From: Selaginella moellendorffii
Taxonomy: Eukaryota > Plantae > Lycopodiophyta
DNA: 64,000 nucleotides
NCBI RefSeq assembly: GCF_000143415.4
Contig: NW_003314296.1
Span: 248,001-312,000, forward strand
Direction: 5' to 3'
The notes under the pieces: model-generated
What the model was told of the DNA's origin: nothing
Seen by the model: the letters and a program-made list of their open reading frames with translations, nothing else
The model's database searches: none
Made by a program: the position numbers and the translations under genes
In this document: positions 29,015 through 41,800 of the stretch, piece by piece
Numbering within the stretch: the first letter of the stretch is position 1
Layout: each line of letters opens with the position of its first letter

Positions 29015-30695
29015 TGTGAGACACAAAATCCCTAGGCCCCAAAGTGGAGCCAAAAGGGTGCCACGTGGTAGTGGCCGAAGCGAAAGCCAAACGAGTGTAA
29101 CACATTTGGACTAAAAGCTCCGACTTGAAAAGGTCGAGAGTGGGAGTGGAACTCCCAACGAAGTGCTCGAGGAACAAGCACGAGGCAAGCCATGAGTGAG
29201 TCTCTAGAAAAGGGGACACAAGAGGACCAAAACATGACATGTGGAGGAGTCCGAGATGGAGTCCGAAATAGACCCAAGATTGAGTCCGAGATGGACCTGA
29301 GATGGAGTCTGAGATGGACCCAAGATGGACCCAAGATGGAGTCCAAGATGGACCCGAGATGGACCTGAGATTGAGTCTGAGATGGACCCGAGATGGAGTC
29401 CAAGATGGACCCGAGATGGACTTGAGATGGAGTCTAAGATGGACCTGAGATGGACCCAAGATTGAGTCCGAGACGGACCCGAGATGGAGTCCGAGATGGA
29501 CCCAAGATGGACCCAAGATGGAGTCCGAGATGGACCCGAGATTGAGTCCGAGATGGACCCGAGATGGAGTCCGAGATGGACCCGAGATGGAGTCCGAGAT
29601 GGACCCGAGATGGACCTGAGATAGACCAAGGCCAAGACCGAGACCGAGCCCAAGCCCAAGTCCGAGTCCGAGTCCAAGTTCGAGTTTGAGTTCGATTCTG
29701 AGAGGGTGAAAGCCCAAAGCGTTCATCTCCCAGACCCTAGGGGGTTTGGTGAGCTCCAAAAGTATAGTAAGGAGGAGGACTGCAATGGAGCCAGTTTGGC
29801 CAGGAAAGGCCAGTTTAGCCCAGGAAGGCTGTACCCAAGTGTTGGGTGATGAGCTGACCACTAGGAAGTCCAAGACTAGAGTGAATATGGACTGACAAGC
29901 GGGGTATCTTGGTGAAGTATTCAAGAGCCAACTTTAGTTCCCTTGAGAGATCGACTGGCCAATGCTCCCAGTCCAAGTGTGGGTGGCACTATTTACTTGG
30001 ATACCTGGCATGGCTCAACGGAACCTCGCTCTAAGCCCACTGTTAGAGCACCCAAAGGCAGAAAGCAGGGAGAGTACCCATGAGGCCTGTGTAGGGCCAT
30101 GGTGTTCCGAAATGTTGTCCCAAAGTCCCAGACTGTGGAAAGGAAGAGGAGTAGCCCTTTGGTATGGTGACTAAGGACACAGTCACATAGTGAGGAAGTC
30201 CCAGAGGACAGTGCAACTTAGTGGTCGGGCCTGTGGGCCTTGATCTAGTGGCAGTGTTGGCGAACACGGCCATGGATAAAAAGGGACTTGATGAGGACTG
30301 GAAAAGGGGTATTGGGGAAGGCTAATCCTCATGTCTGTGGGCATCCAAGGATGCTAAGGAGTGGATCTGGGATGATCACTCATGAATGGATGACTCAGTC
30401 CTTGAAAGATGGGATTGTGATGCAGGTGGTGTTAAACCACCGGTGTGACCAAGGTGAAGGGGCATGGCCTTAGCATAATAGGCTAATATGTCAATGGTAA
30501 CTTGGGGTGTTAATCATGGGATCGGACACGTAGAGCACTTGGACCACAATAGTTGAGTGGCATGGATGCCATTCTTGGGGCTAGCAAGCCCCTAAGTGCA
30601 AAACAAGACTTACGGAGGTTGTGAGTGAGACTCCTCCAAGTGGTCAGATGTGTGGTTAAATGACTAAAGTAAACTAGAAAATTTAGTTGCTTACA
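29015..30695 (+). mobile_element. Solo LTR (family A, 1.68 kb, with internal minisatellite)
   Basis: TGTGAGAC...GCTTACA with perfect 5-bp TSD GGCAG. Confidence 0.92.
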
Positions 30696-30824
30696 GGCAG
30701 CTCTATAGTGAAGATGTCCAAGAGAGTAAGAATTTGATTTCCAATGACCTTGCTTATTGTAATATGGTTGTAGATGTCGGAAAAACTAGCTAGCACTCTA
30801 TATATCAAAGTATAAATGCATTTT

Positions 30825-31258
30825 TGTAAGCAACCAAAGAGAATGACTTGAGAAATGATCTATAAAGATTCAAATATAAAGAGAGAGGGCCCATGAATAA
30901 GAGTGCACGTCCTTTTCCAATTGGTTAAGGGTTTTTGGATACTTTAGGTTAAGTGTCCTTGGGTTTAAATAGTACTAGGTTGGGTGACTTCCTAAGAAGT
31001 CCAAACTCATGAGCTTACATTTGATATTAGAAGCAATTTGGGGTCCGACTCTATTAGTTGGCTAGGGGAATTGCACCACATATTGATTGACATTTGGCAG
31101 GTCCAGTTTGTTCCAGCTGGGCTTAACCCAAGGGGTAGGGTGTCAAGAGAGTGGGGCTTCCATTCACGAGGGTGTGAACTTGCAGGGAAGCATGGTGGAT
31201 TGTAAGCAACCAAAGAGAATGACTTGAGAGATGATCTATAGAGGTTCAAATATAGAGG
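30825..31258 (+). mobile_element. Cassandra TRIM with a 5S rRNA-derived LTR segment; second LTR truncated
   Basis: LTR 30825-31019 contains GGTTAAGTGTCCTTGGG...TAGTACTAGGTTGGGTGACTTCCTAAGAAGTCC (5S A/C-box region). Decayed tRNA-Met PBS follows, and the second LTR starts at 31201. Confidence 0.85.
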
Positions 31259-32372
31259 ATAACCTTCAAGAGTTGTCTTCATTAGCTTCACACAAACAAG
31301 TATGAAAAAAAATATGTATTAACTTTAATATTTCCCGGTTTTGAAACACTATTCAATTTCGCCCTCTTTCTCCAATGGGAAATGTTGGCAATTGGGAAAT
31401 AGTTATTAAAGACTACTTCGTTCTTTATTTTGGGGAGGTCTTCTTGTAACAATGGTGTAGAATGACAACTCTAGATTGGTTGAGTTTGCATCGAGCTGCC
31501 TACTCTCAAACATCCCAGTCGAAACATAAGGAGCAAGTAGCCGGATCTAAAAGGTTTGCATTTCCTTATTTTTCATATGTTAAATTAATTGCTTCTTTTC
31601 ATTGTAGGTTTTAGCATGGACCTACCATACTCTCTACTGCTAGTCTTGCCATCATAGTATTACACAAGTTGATAAGCATGCAAGTTTGGCATTATATGAT
31701 AGTTCAATAGACATCATCCCAAATGTCATTAATGAGGACCATCATATAGAATTCCTTGGCTATTGACACCATTCACCAAAGGCCATGCAAATCTTTCTAA
31801 AGTTGTTTTGTCCTCTTAAGGGGATTGTGCTTGATGCTATAGTAGGTTTTGGTTCGATGGTGCTAGTGGCTAAAGAAATTAGTTGTGTAGTTTTTGCATT
31901 GAAGAAGGAAAGTGCATTTGAAGATGTTCTTGGGACATTTCATAACATGTGATAATAAAATATAAATTTCTCATTTATAGTAATTCCATCATGGTTGTTT
32001 ATATTAGGTGGATCGATGACATGGGCTATAATTTACTATGTTATGCAAAAGTAATGGCATAAGCTCATATACAACAAGAGCCCACAGTTAGAGAGCATAA
32101 TACTATATGAACTCCTCTTTTTGTAGATGTGGATGCTAAGGAAGACTAAATTTAGTTTTTGTTCTAGTCAAATTTTTTAGTGGTATTATAGAGTTTCTTC
32201 TTTGACTCATGATATTTGTTTACTTATTGGACTGAAAATATGTCTAAAGTTTTGAATAGAATTGTTGGTTCATCTTGAACCAATCATTTGAATATCAATT
32301 TTTGTATTTAGTGGAGAATATTGACTTTTATTAACTTTTATTAACTTGAGCTCAGCTCAAAAGCTATCCAGC

Positions 32373-32950
32373 CTTGACGAAAGTCACCACTTGTAATCAC
32401 TATAATGCCTCCAAATGGTTTAGAATTAAATTTAAGATGCTTTAAACATTTATTAACTATAGAGAAAGCATGTGTGTGCACCATACTAATTTCATCCTAT
32501 ATGAGAACATTTGATTATTTAATGTTTTTTCTAGCAATAGTATTAATTGTTAACATAGAGACAGAAGTTTCATTTAAATGAATAGGAAGTTTAAAGTTGT
32601 AAAAATTATATTATCATCAACACAAATAACCGCCGAGTAGATGTTAGAAAGTATGACATAGGTATGCCGTTTGACTATATTTTAGCAAAATGCTTGCAAT
32701 TACTTTTATTTTTTTTAATTATAATGTTGTAATAATGGTATTAAGTAGAAAATTTTTCCCAATACCACCAGATCTATCAATAAAGAAACACTAATACTGG
32801 TTAATATCAATGGCATTCATAATGAGCTAAAAAATATAGCATTAGTCATCACTGAATTGATTTATATTTGCATTGATTTGGTTTTATGATAGATTAGAGA
32901 TTTGTATATTGAGCATGTGTTCGATAATGGGAGCAAGAGTTGGGGGTGGT
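32373..32950 (-). mobile_element. Helitron helicase fragment (motifs I-III); continues at 37418-37670
   Basis: Decayed CFFIDRSGGIGK (Walker A-like) and KPFGGIIVITSGDFRQ. Collinear with the helicase part ending at 17784. Confidence 0.7.
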
Positions 32951-33183
32951 CATAGTTATAAACACAAACATGGAACACAAACACAAGCCTTAGATTTCAA
33001 GAACATGAGCCTTAGATTTCAGGAACCCGACCACAGAACATGATCATGACTCATGATGGCTCACAAATATTCTAGTGAATATTTTAAGAATATTTCTATT
33101 TTTTATTTTAGGAATATGCTAATTTTTATTATACTCAAATAGCCTACAAATCATCATTATCTTCAACCTCACAATCTTCAACA

Positions 33184-35783
33184 TCATAACCATCTTCCTC
33201 TAGTACAAAGTACTAGACACAATTCCTCATCTAGAAGACGAGCTCTTGACTCAAGCTCATCTTCCAGATGAGGAATTATCTCTAGTACTTTGTAGCTCAC
33301 AAACTTGTTGTAGTCATGGTCATTTTTGCAAGTTAACAACCTACTATTGCAAGCCACAAAAACTAGATCTGTTGTTCTGTCCATAGTAAGTCTGTTCCTC
33401 TTCTTTGAAAACACATGCTTGAAAGTGCTGAACAATCTCTCCACCAAGGATGACAAGCATGCCTGACTTAGAACTTGAATGGCCAACTTTTGAAGAGCTG
33501 GAATTTCATAACCATAGTCCTCCCACCAACATACCACTCCCTTCTTAGTGCGATCAGCTTTAGCATCAATCGAGTTGAAAATGCCTCCTATCCTCCTATA
33601 AATTAAAAGCTCATCCCATATCACGTCCCTTTCACTGGATGTAAACATGGCCAATGGATAAGCATTCCAATCCTTCATGACTTCTCTATTAGCATGTTTT
33701 TCATGCTTTTGAAACTCGGGGTCTAGCATATATGCCACCGAGTGCATGAGCGAGTGATACTCATGCCACCAGTTAGACATAATCTGATAAAGTTCCATGT
33801 ACCTGCTATAATCTGACTGTCCTTCCTCTAAATTTGCATCCAATCTATTCATACACTTATATATTTTTTCAATTGCAGGTATATCACTGTCCACAAGACG
33901 AAGTAGCAACATAACATCCTTGGACACCTCTAACATGTCCTTAACTTGTTCCCAAAAATGGTCATCAAAAATGGTTTCATAACTATCTCTGCCTACTCTT
34001 GTCTTCAACTCAAGCTTTGCTTTGTATGCAAGGCATATGAACATCTATTGTACAGCTTCCCGAAGGTCCACCATCTTCTCTATCATAATAAAGTTGTAGC
34101 CAAACCTCATATCACAATAGCATAGCATTTGCTTGTGAGTAAACTTTGCTAGGAGTGCCACCATATGAGAGTGGTTTTTGACAAAGCTCACCAAAACCTT
34201 TCCTCACTCCAGAAGCATTACCATCCATGGAAGTTTATTGAAGTCTTTTAACACATTGTTTAAAAAATGGGCAAAACATGTTGCCCATTGAATCTTTGGG
34301 TACCTTTATTTCAGAATTGCTACTGTTGCTTTGTTCGCATTTTCCCCATTTGTTACTACCATGAAAACATTCTTTGCACCCACAATGCTAATGCCTTCTT
34401 CCCAACAACACAAAGTATTCTCAATTATTTTTCCTATTAAGGAAATATCAATAGCCTTCAAAAAAGCTACCTGTCCTTGATTATATGCCACAAGCCTTAT
34501 GATATGCCGATTCCTCCTATCTGTCCACCCATCTATGCATATGGTTACACCCCTCTGTTCCCACTACTTCTTCATGGATGCCATCTCAGCATCAATGAAT
34601 CCCTTCTCTTTCAACAAAAGCTTCTCCTGAAGATCATCATATTTTGGTGGTGCATAAAGCACACTATGTCTAGGAACTTCCTGTAAGCGACTAAATTTTC
34701 CATTCTACTTTAGTCACTTAACCACACCTCTGACCACTTGGAGGAGTTTCATTCACAACCTCCATAAGTCCAATCCAGGACTTGGGACTTGCTAACCCCA
34801 AGAATGGCATCCATGCCACTCAACATTTGCACTTGGTCCAAGTGCTCCACGTGTCCAATCCCATGACCGACACTCAAAGGTACCACCGACATAACAGCCC
34901 GTTACGCTAAAGCCATGCCCAATCACCTTTGCCACACTGGTGGTCCAATACCACTTGCATCACCGTCTTGGCTCTCCAAGACTAGGCAAACCATCCGTGA
35001 GTGGTCATCTCAGATCCACTCCTTAGCATCCTTAGGATGCCCACCGACAAGGGGAATAGCCTTCCCCAATATCCCTCTGTCAGTCCCCACTAAGCCCTTT
35101 TCTGCCCCTGGCCGTGTTTGCCAACACTGCCACTGGATCGAGACTCATAGGCCCGACCACTAAGTCCCACGGTCCTCTGGGACTTCCTCACCACACGACT
35201 GTGTCCTTGGTCACTGCCCCAGAGGACTGCTCCTCTTCCTTTCCACAGTCTGGGCCTTTGGGACAACATTTCGGAATACCGTGGCCTTACGCGAGCCACC
35301 TGGGTACTCTCCTCGCCTTCTGCCCTTGGGTGCTCTAGCCATGGGCTTAGAGCGGGTTCTGTTGAGCCACACCAGGTATCCAAGTAGGTAGTGCCACCCA
35401 CACTTGGACTGGGAGCATCGGCCAGTCGATCTCCCGGGGGAACTAAAGCCAGCTCTTGAACACTTCACCAAGCTACCCCATGTTTCGGTCCGTGTTCACT
35501 CTAGTCTTGGACTTCCCAGTGGGCAGCTCATCACCCAACACTGGGTCCGGCCTTCCTGGGCCAAACTGGCCTTTCCTGGCCAAACTGGCTCCACTGCAGT
35601 CCTCCCCCTACTATACTTTTGGAGCTCACCAAACCCCCCAGGGTCTGGGAGACGAACGCTTTGGGCTTTCACCCTCTCAGGCTCCGGACTCGGACTCGGA
35701 CTCGGACTCGGACTCGGATTCGGACTCGGACTCGGGCTCGGGCTCAGTCTCGGCCTCGGCCTCGGTCTTGGTCTCGGTCCCGA

Positions 35784-35821
<38 letters not shown>

Positions 35822-37250
35822 CCGGTCTCGGTCCCGGTCTCGGTCTCGACTTCGGACTCCATCTCGGACTCCATCTTGGGTCCATCTCGGGTCCATCTCA
35901 GACTCCATCTCGGACTCCATCTCGGGTCCATCTCGGACTCCATCTTGGGTCCATCTCGGGTCCATCTCGGGTCCATCTCGGACTCCATCTCGGACTCCAT
36001 CTCGGGTCCATCTCGGACTCCATCTCGGACTCCATTTCGGGTCCATCTCGGGTCCACCTCGGACTCCATCTCGGACTCCATCTCGGACTCCATCTCGGGT
36101 CCATCTCGGACTCCACTTCGGACTCCATCTCGGACTCCATCTCGGGTCCACCTCGGACTCCACTTCGGACTCCAACTCGGGTCCATCTCGGGTCCACCTC
36201 GGACTCCACTATCAGCTCCATCTCGGACTCCATCTCGGGTCCATCTCGGACTCCACTTCGGACTCCAACTCGGGTCCATCTCGGACTCCACTTCGGACTC
36301 CAACTCGGGTCCATCTCGGACTCCACTTCGGACTCCAACTCGGGTCCATCTCGGACTCCACTTCGGACTCCAACTCGAGTCCATCTCGGACACTCCCACG
36401 TGTCATGTGTTGGTCCTTTTGGGTCCCTTTTTGGAGCCTCGCCTTTTGCTCGCTTCGTGCTCGTTCCTCGAGCACTTCGTTGGGAGTTCCACTCCCGCTC
36501 TTGACTTTTCAAGTCGGAGCTTTTGGTCCAAACGTGTTACGCTCGTTTGGCTCTCGCTTCGGCCACTACCACGTGGCGCCCTTTCCGGCTCTACTTTGGG
36601 GCCTAGGGATTTTGTGTCTCACACTTCCTAGATCATATTGAGGAAGTAAGAGGATTGAGCTTTCACAAATGAAATGTGTTCATTCCAGAAAAACCTTCCA
36701 ATCGCTGTATCAACTCAACTCTTCCACTTTGGATCCATCAAATCTACAATATAGACTTGGCTCTACTTGCTAAACAATGAGGAAAAGTAGCCACTTCCAG
36801 TTGCCTAGGATGATACCACTGCCACTAAAAAGTTCTATATTTAGCTATTTCTTCCCCCTTGTGCCTTTCTCAAAGTCAATAACCTTTTGCATATTAATTA
36901 ACTCTACCTTCTTATTACCTGGGATAAGGGGGCAACTCACAATATCCCTGCTGCCTAGGCCTTCTCCCAATATATGAGCTCACACACAATCAACACCATT
37001 GAGCTTGTTCACTATTGTGCAATATTTGCATAATCCTCTCAAGCACACTTACCTCGTCCCACCACCGTGAAGAAGGATGCTTTCACCTGCAGTATGCTGG
37101 ATTCAGAATCAATGGCTGCGGCACTACCAGAATCGGCAGTGGTAGCAGCAGCTGTGGCGCTACTAGAATCGGCTGTGGCAATAGCAGTGAATAAGATCGA
37201 GAGTTTGGAGGAAATACAAGAGATTGTTGCATGCACCCTAAGAGTTTAAA
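33184..37250 (-). pseudogene. hAT transposase (BED finger, DUF659-like region, hATC dimerisation domain), decayed and interrupted
   Basis: CKYC..H near 37000, VVTNGENAN, WATCFAH and WWEDYG..IPALQKLAIQVLSQACLSSLVERLFSTFKHVFSKKRNRL. Confidence 0.88.
34682..36623 (-). mobile_element. Solo LTR (family A, 1.94 kb, least decayed copy)
   Basis: TG...CA termini, perfect 5-bp TSD CTTCC, and an expanded repeat array at about 35685-36390. Confidence 0.93.
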
Positions 37251-37670
37251 TCGTGTTACAAACACAGGCTGTGATCTTGGCAACCACGGCTGGGATCATG
37301 GCCCGTGTTCGCAACAATATACTCTATTCATGAACACGACTGTGGGAATATGAACCATGGCTGTGTTCATGAAACACAGTGAACACAACCGGGATCCTTG
37401 CTGTGTTTGTAACTATGGGAGTGGTAAATCAAAATCAGAATTGGATTTATTGTGTAGTTGAAATTTTGAGTTAATATCGAATAAAGCAATATCAAAATAG
37501 TTTATATCATTTATAGCATATCCTCAGAAATATCAATTTTGAATTGATCCCATAATAGATTTGGATCTTTTGGTGAACAATACAAATAAATAAAAACAAA
37601 TAACTACCTTAATTGAGATGGCATTTTAAAGTAGAAATTTCTTATATGCAATATTGCCATTCTAAATCAT

Positions 37671-38675
37671 TGTAAGGAACCAACTCCCCGAGGTGTTGTA
37701 GGCTAAAGGATCCCCAAAAGAGTTCATCGGATAAGACCGAGGCTGAGATTGAGTCCAAGACTGACTTTGAGACCAAGTTCAAGACCAAGTTCGAGATTGA
37801 GTTCGAGACTGACTCCGGGACCGAGTTCAAGACCGAGTTCAAGACCGAGTTCGAGATCGAGTCGAAGATAAAGTCTAAAGTCAGATCCAAGACAGAGTCC
37901 GAGATTAAGTCTGAGATAGGGTTTGAGATCGAGTCCGAGACAAAGTCCAAGGTCGAGTCCGAGATCAAGTCCAAGACCGAATCCAAGATTGAGTCCGAGA
38001 TCAAGTCCAAATACTAATACAGATTGTGGGGTGAAAGCCCAAAGTGTGTGTCTCCTAGGGGGGGGGGGGGGGGGGGTTGGGGGGGTTCTTATGGGGCCCC
38101 CCAAGGAAGTGCCCAAAAGCAACTCCCACTCCTAAAAGGGAAATTGATTGCAATGCTCTTGCCTCATATGGAATGATCCCCCACTTGAATACCTTGTGGC
38201 TCATTGATCCTCACCCTTCCTAGGGGCTTGGGCCTTCTCTTCGGGATGAAAGTGGGGGAGTAGAGGCACCCGTACCAGGTTGATATACCACGGTGTTACC
38301 CCCTAGTGTCCCAAAGTAAGTGTTGCACCCAAAATTTAGGATTTAAAAGGTCTTATGATCAAATCTTATTGTATTAAAGGATGTTAGGAACTTGGGGGCT
38401 TGGTATGCTTAGTTGCTTGTGCTTGTGAGGAGTGTAGCCAAACCTTAAGTTCAATTTAACCTGGGGAGGGGGATTATGAGAGAATTTAGGAATTTATAGA
38501 TGGATGCCTAACACTCTATTTCTCATGCAATGAGTTGCTGAAACAAAGTAAGACCAAGTAAGAGTTGGTACAATAAGTGAGAACTTTGCAAAGGAACTTA
38601 ATTAAAGCCAAGACCATAGTGGTCAGATAAACAAGGTAAGCTAGTAAATTAAAAAGTAAAAATTTGTGGCTTACA
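37671..38675 (+). mobile_element. Solo LTR (about 1.0 kb) with a degenerate hexamer array
   Basis: TGTAAGGAACC...GGCTTACA with perfect 5-bp TSD ATCAT. Confidence 0.9.
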
Positions 38676-38831
38676 ATCATCTATTAAAAGTTATTAAGAC
38701 ATTCAGATTCAATCAAGAGAATGTTTTTCAATTGTGAAGTTAATCAAACAACAAACATAGTTAAGTTCAGCAAACCTCTTGAAATGGTATGAAATTTGCC
38801 AACCACCCAGCATTTGTTGGGCAATTGTTAG
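38676..38831 (+). mobile_element. Helitron 3' terminus (inverted copy of the 16198 end)
   Basis: About 100 bp reverse-complement match to 16200-16290. Hairpin CCCAGCATTTGTTGGG followed by TTAG|T. Confidence 0.6.
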
Positions 38832-41800
38832 TCTACTACTATAAGGAGTGATCGTTGAACTTTGTGGGCCACTGAATCTGGCCAATAGTTGTCATCAGAT
38901 GCAGGGTAACTTGATAAATATTAAAAAAAAATTCTATGGATCCTTCTAAAATATTTTTGTGAGGTTTGGGCTGGCCAGTGAGGCCATGGCATGGCCCACA
39001 GGCTGGGGGAGGAGGGGTGAGTGATACCTATTTGTTTGTGTGGCCCAAGAGGGATAAAACTCTCCTTCTACTACAGCTTCTCTTAGATGCAAAGTTTCCA
39101 GGGGAAGTGAGAGAGGAGGTGACCGTTGACCGGCATCACCCAGCACCAGAGATGGAGGCCCAAGAGCTTGTGCCACTTGAGCATGGGGATGTTTGTGGTA
39201 CACATATGACCAGGTATGTCCCGAGTATGATAGCTTAGACCATTGAAGAATGTGCACTAGATTAACACTACTTGGTGTTCTGAGCTGAAGCAATTTGCAG
39301 GTCTTATGGCTCTTCTTTACCTAGGCTTTGGGTGACTTAGCTTGACATCTAGAACTTCAGCGGGTCACAACAGCACAAATGCATGTGCCTATGCTAGGTA
39401 TGCAAAGCTTGGATGTTGGGTAGTAAAGAAAGGGATTGTGCCAACTCTCCCCTAGATGCCCTAGTAGAAGTGCATTTCTTCTAATGTCTCTCTGGCCCAG
39501 ATGATCTCGCACAATAGCAGCTTTATGTATATGCTATGTCTAAGGTCTTATCCATCCCCTTTGTGCTTAGGAAATCGATTGATCTAGTGTACTGTTGGCA
39601 CTCTGATTGTCATGCCCAATGCCAAGAGGATTATGTTGGGAAGTACATTGAAGAATTGCTTGAGTTTCTCTGCTGGCAACAGAGGAGGGGAATTCATGGC
39701 TCACTTGCTCCTCAATATAGCAAATCCACATGGTCATTAGGATGGTAAGTTTTTACTTTCTTTACTAGGTGAATTCAAGGGTGTAGAAATTGGGACACTG
39801 AGGTGCTGGCCAAAGTTTAACAGTAGTTAATTATGCTGCCCATGATGATGGGAAGTGTGGTATCAAAAGGTCTTGGGCTATCTGGCATTAAGCTTTCCCT
39901 GGCCCAGATCAAAATCCAAAACTAATATAGATCTACATTTTGTTTAATGATTTTCCTCAAGAGAGTTTGGCTCACTGGGGATAAGTCCATTGTCACACTC
40001 AGATGGTTGTCCTTCCAATCCTTCATGCAAAAGTATCTAGCAACTCTTGAAAAGCTGTCCAAAGAAGTCTGTAATGAGAGAGGATGATATTGAGGATGGG
40101 TCTACTTAGTTGTTGATAAAGAGGTAAATATTTTATCTTGGGTATCATCCCAGATAGAGCAAAAAAAGAAAGTTTAGGTGAAATGGAGTTATGCCTAAGT
40201 TTAGGCATTCAAAGAAGAAAGACTCGATTTAGGCAATACTCATTATAGATAAACATAAAGCAGTTAAGAATGGTTATAAAATTATGTAATTTATAAATAG
40301 CATTTAGACGTGCTGGAAAAAAACCCCCACTTACTATTGTATGCATTTGCATTGAATTAACCATCTTTTCTCCCACTTATAACTGTTTATGCAAAGTAGA
40401 GTTGAAAGAGTGACATATGTTTATCTTTATTTATGCCTTTGAGGTTTAAGGATGAGTTCTTTTCTATTCTCTTCTTAATCTTCTTCTCTTCTCCTTCTTT
40501 TTTTTTTACGTTTTCGTCTCTATTTGTTTGTTACTATTTTGCAAGTAGAGGCGAAAACGTGAGTATAGGCGAAAAAAGCTTTACTTAGTTGTTTATTAAG
40601 AGCTGTCCTATATTAGTACTATAATATTTTGATACAAAATTAAGTATAAAGAGATATTCTTTCTTTCTAATATTTTTTATGGCTTAGAAATGTTAAGTTA
40701 ATAAAGTACTTCAAACAGCCAGTTTAAAATGTTTTAAATTGTATTTTATTTTGAATTTTGAATTTCCACCAGTTTTTATTCTAATAGCTAATTCAATGAT
40801 TTAGTACAGGTAATTACTGTTATATGGTTAGAGCTATATTTTATTTATAATTCTTATTTTTCATGTATCCTAAATTTCATAATCTTTTACCTGTATTTAT
40901 CTCATTAGTATTTTACTTTATTTTAAACACTTATTTTTACTGCTTATAATCAACTCTACCTAAACTTATTATTCCCTTTGAATATTTTAGGTGAAAATTA
41001 ACTTTTAGAATTTGATTGTAACAGTATTTAAATATATAATAAGACAACTATATTCTATATAGATGGCCTATCTAGATATCACTAAAATATATGGAACCCA
41101 AACACTAGGTGATGGTATATCAAGGCTGCTAATGCTCAAGTGGCTAAATATGGGATGGCTTAGTTTTCTCAGTGTGTAGGTCTATAATCAAAACACCATT
41201 TGTTAATACAAACAATTAATCATTTTTAACATTATGAGTATATAATATATTTTTATATGTAGCCATAGTTATTTACAATCTAACTCCTATCAGAAAAACA
41301 TATGCAATATTTGATTAAGCATTAATATTTTAAATTTTTTTCCTAACTACAAATTTTTTTATTAGTGCTAATACTATGAAATAGAAGATTTGAATTTACA
41401 ATTTGTATAAAATTTATTTTTATAAAACAGTTTTCTTAGTAATTATTTTCATGACTGGATGAGTAGTAATATATTAATGCTCTTAAAATCTTACTGTTCT
41501 ATATTCCAAGTAAATGCATAATTAAGTAATGTCTTGCTAATAACTAAATTAGTAATTATTATTCTTAGTAATTGTTCTCTTGCTTTTGTTTGATAAATCT
41601 TCATATAATTTTATTTTATGCTGTGAAGTCCAAGTGTACGACTACTATGCGGTATACTAATATTAGCGTAATGGGATTTTGGTAGCTGTCGGATTGGTTT
41701 CAATCCGGACTATTCACTCTTGTATATAAACTAGGGTTTTTGGGCTAATTCCCTTTTCATATTCTAAGCACTCACATTGGTGGAGGTAAAGGGCACTTAT

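Larger units (their letters stand above)
26900..31952 (+). pseudogene. Decayed multi-exon gene: ParB-like domain plus beta-class (N4/N6) DNA methyltransferase-like domain
   Basis: IPL*R...GKMFFIIDGNHQW (DGNHQ at 27423-27437). C-terminal FLKLFCPLKGIVLDAIVGFGSMVLVAKEISCVVFALKKE (motif I at 31827-31856). The frame continues across the excised solo LTR. Many stops are explicable by C-to-T/G-to-A changes. Start approximate. Confidence 0.62.
32951..37417 (-). mobile_element. hAT DNA transposon with a nested solo LTR
   Basis: TIRs CATAGTTATAAACAC and GTGTTTGTAACTATG. 8-bp TSD GGGGTGGT/GGAGTGGT. Subterminal AACAC-type repeats. Confidence 0.88.

Noticed and set aside
29250-29700. Regular short repeats resembling a CRISPR array
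   Set aside because: No unique spacers, eukaryotic LTR context, and no cas genes.
30947-31002. 5S rRNA gene
   Set aside because: Only the internal promoter portion is present, degenerate and embedded in an LTR. This is the known Cassandra feature.
35404-36641. Long ORFs in nearly all frames (RS-rich, HLG/GL, ESE/ETE repeats), also at 28965-29924 and 52339-53209
   Set aside because: By-product of stop-free 6/11/12-bp tandem repeats inside LTRs. No domain signal, and frames are not conserved between copies.
32951-37417. hAT element as the carrier of the ParB-MTase gene
   Set aside because: The hAT has its own TIRs and 8-bp TSD, which exclude that gene.
38900-41600. Possible decayed retroelement and Helitron Rep remnants
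   Set aside because: Too degenerate to assign by eye.
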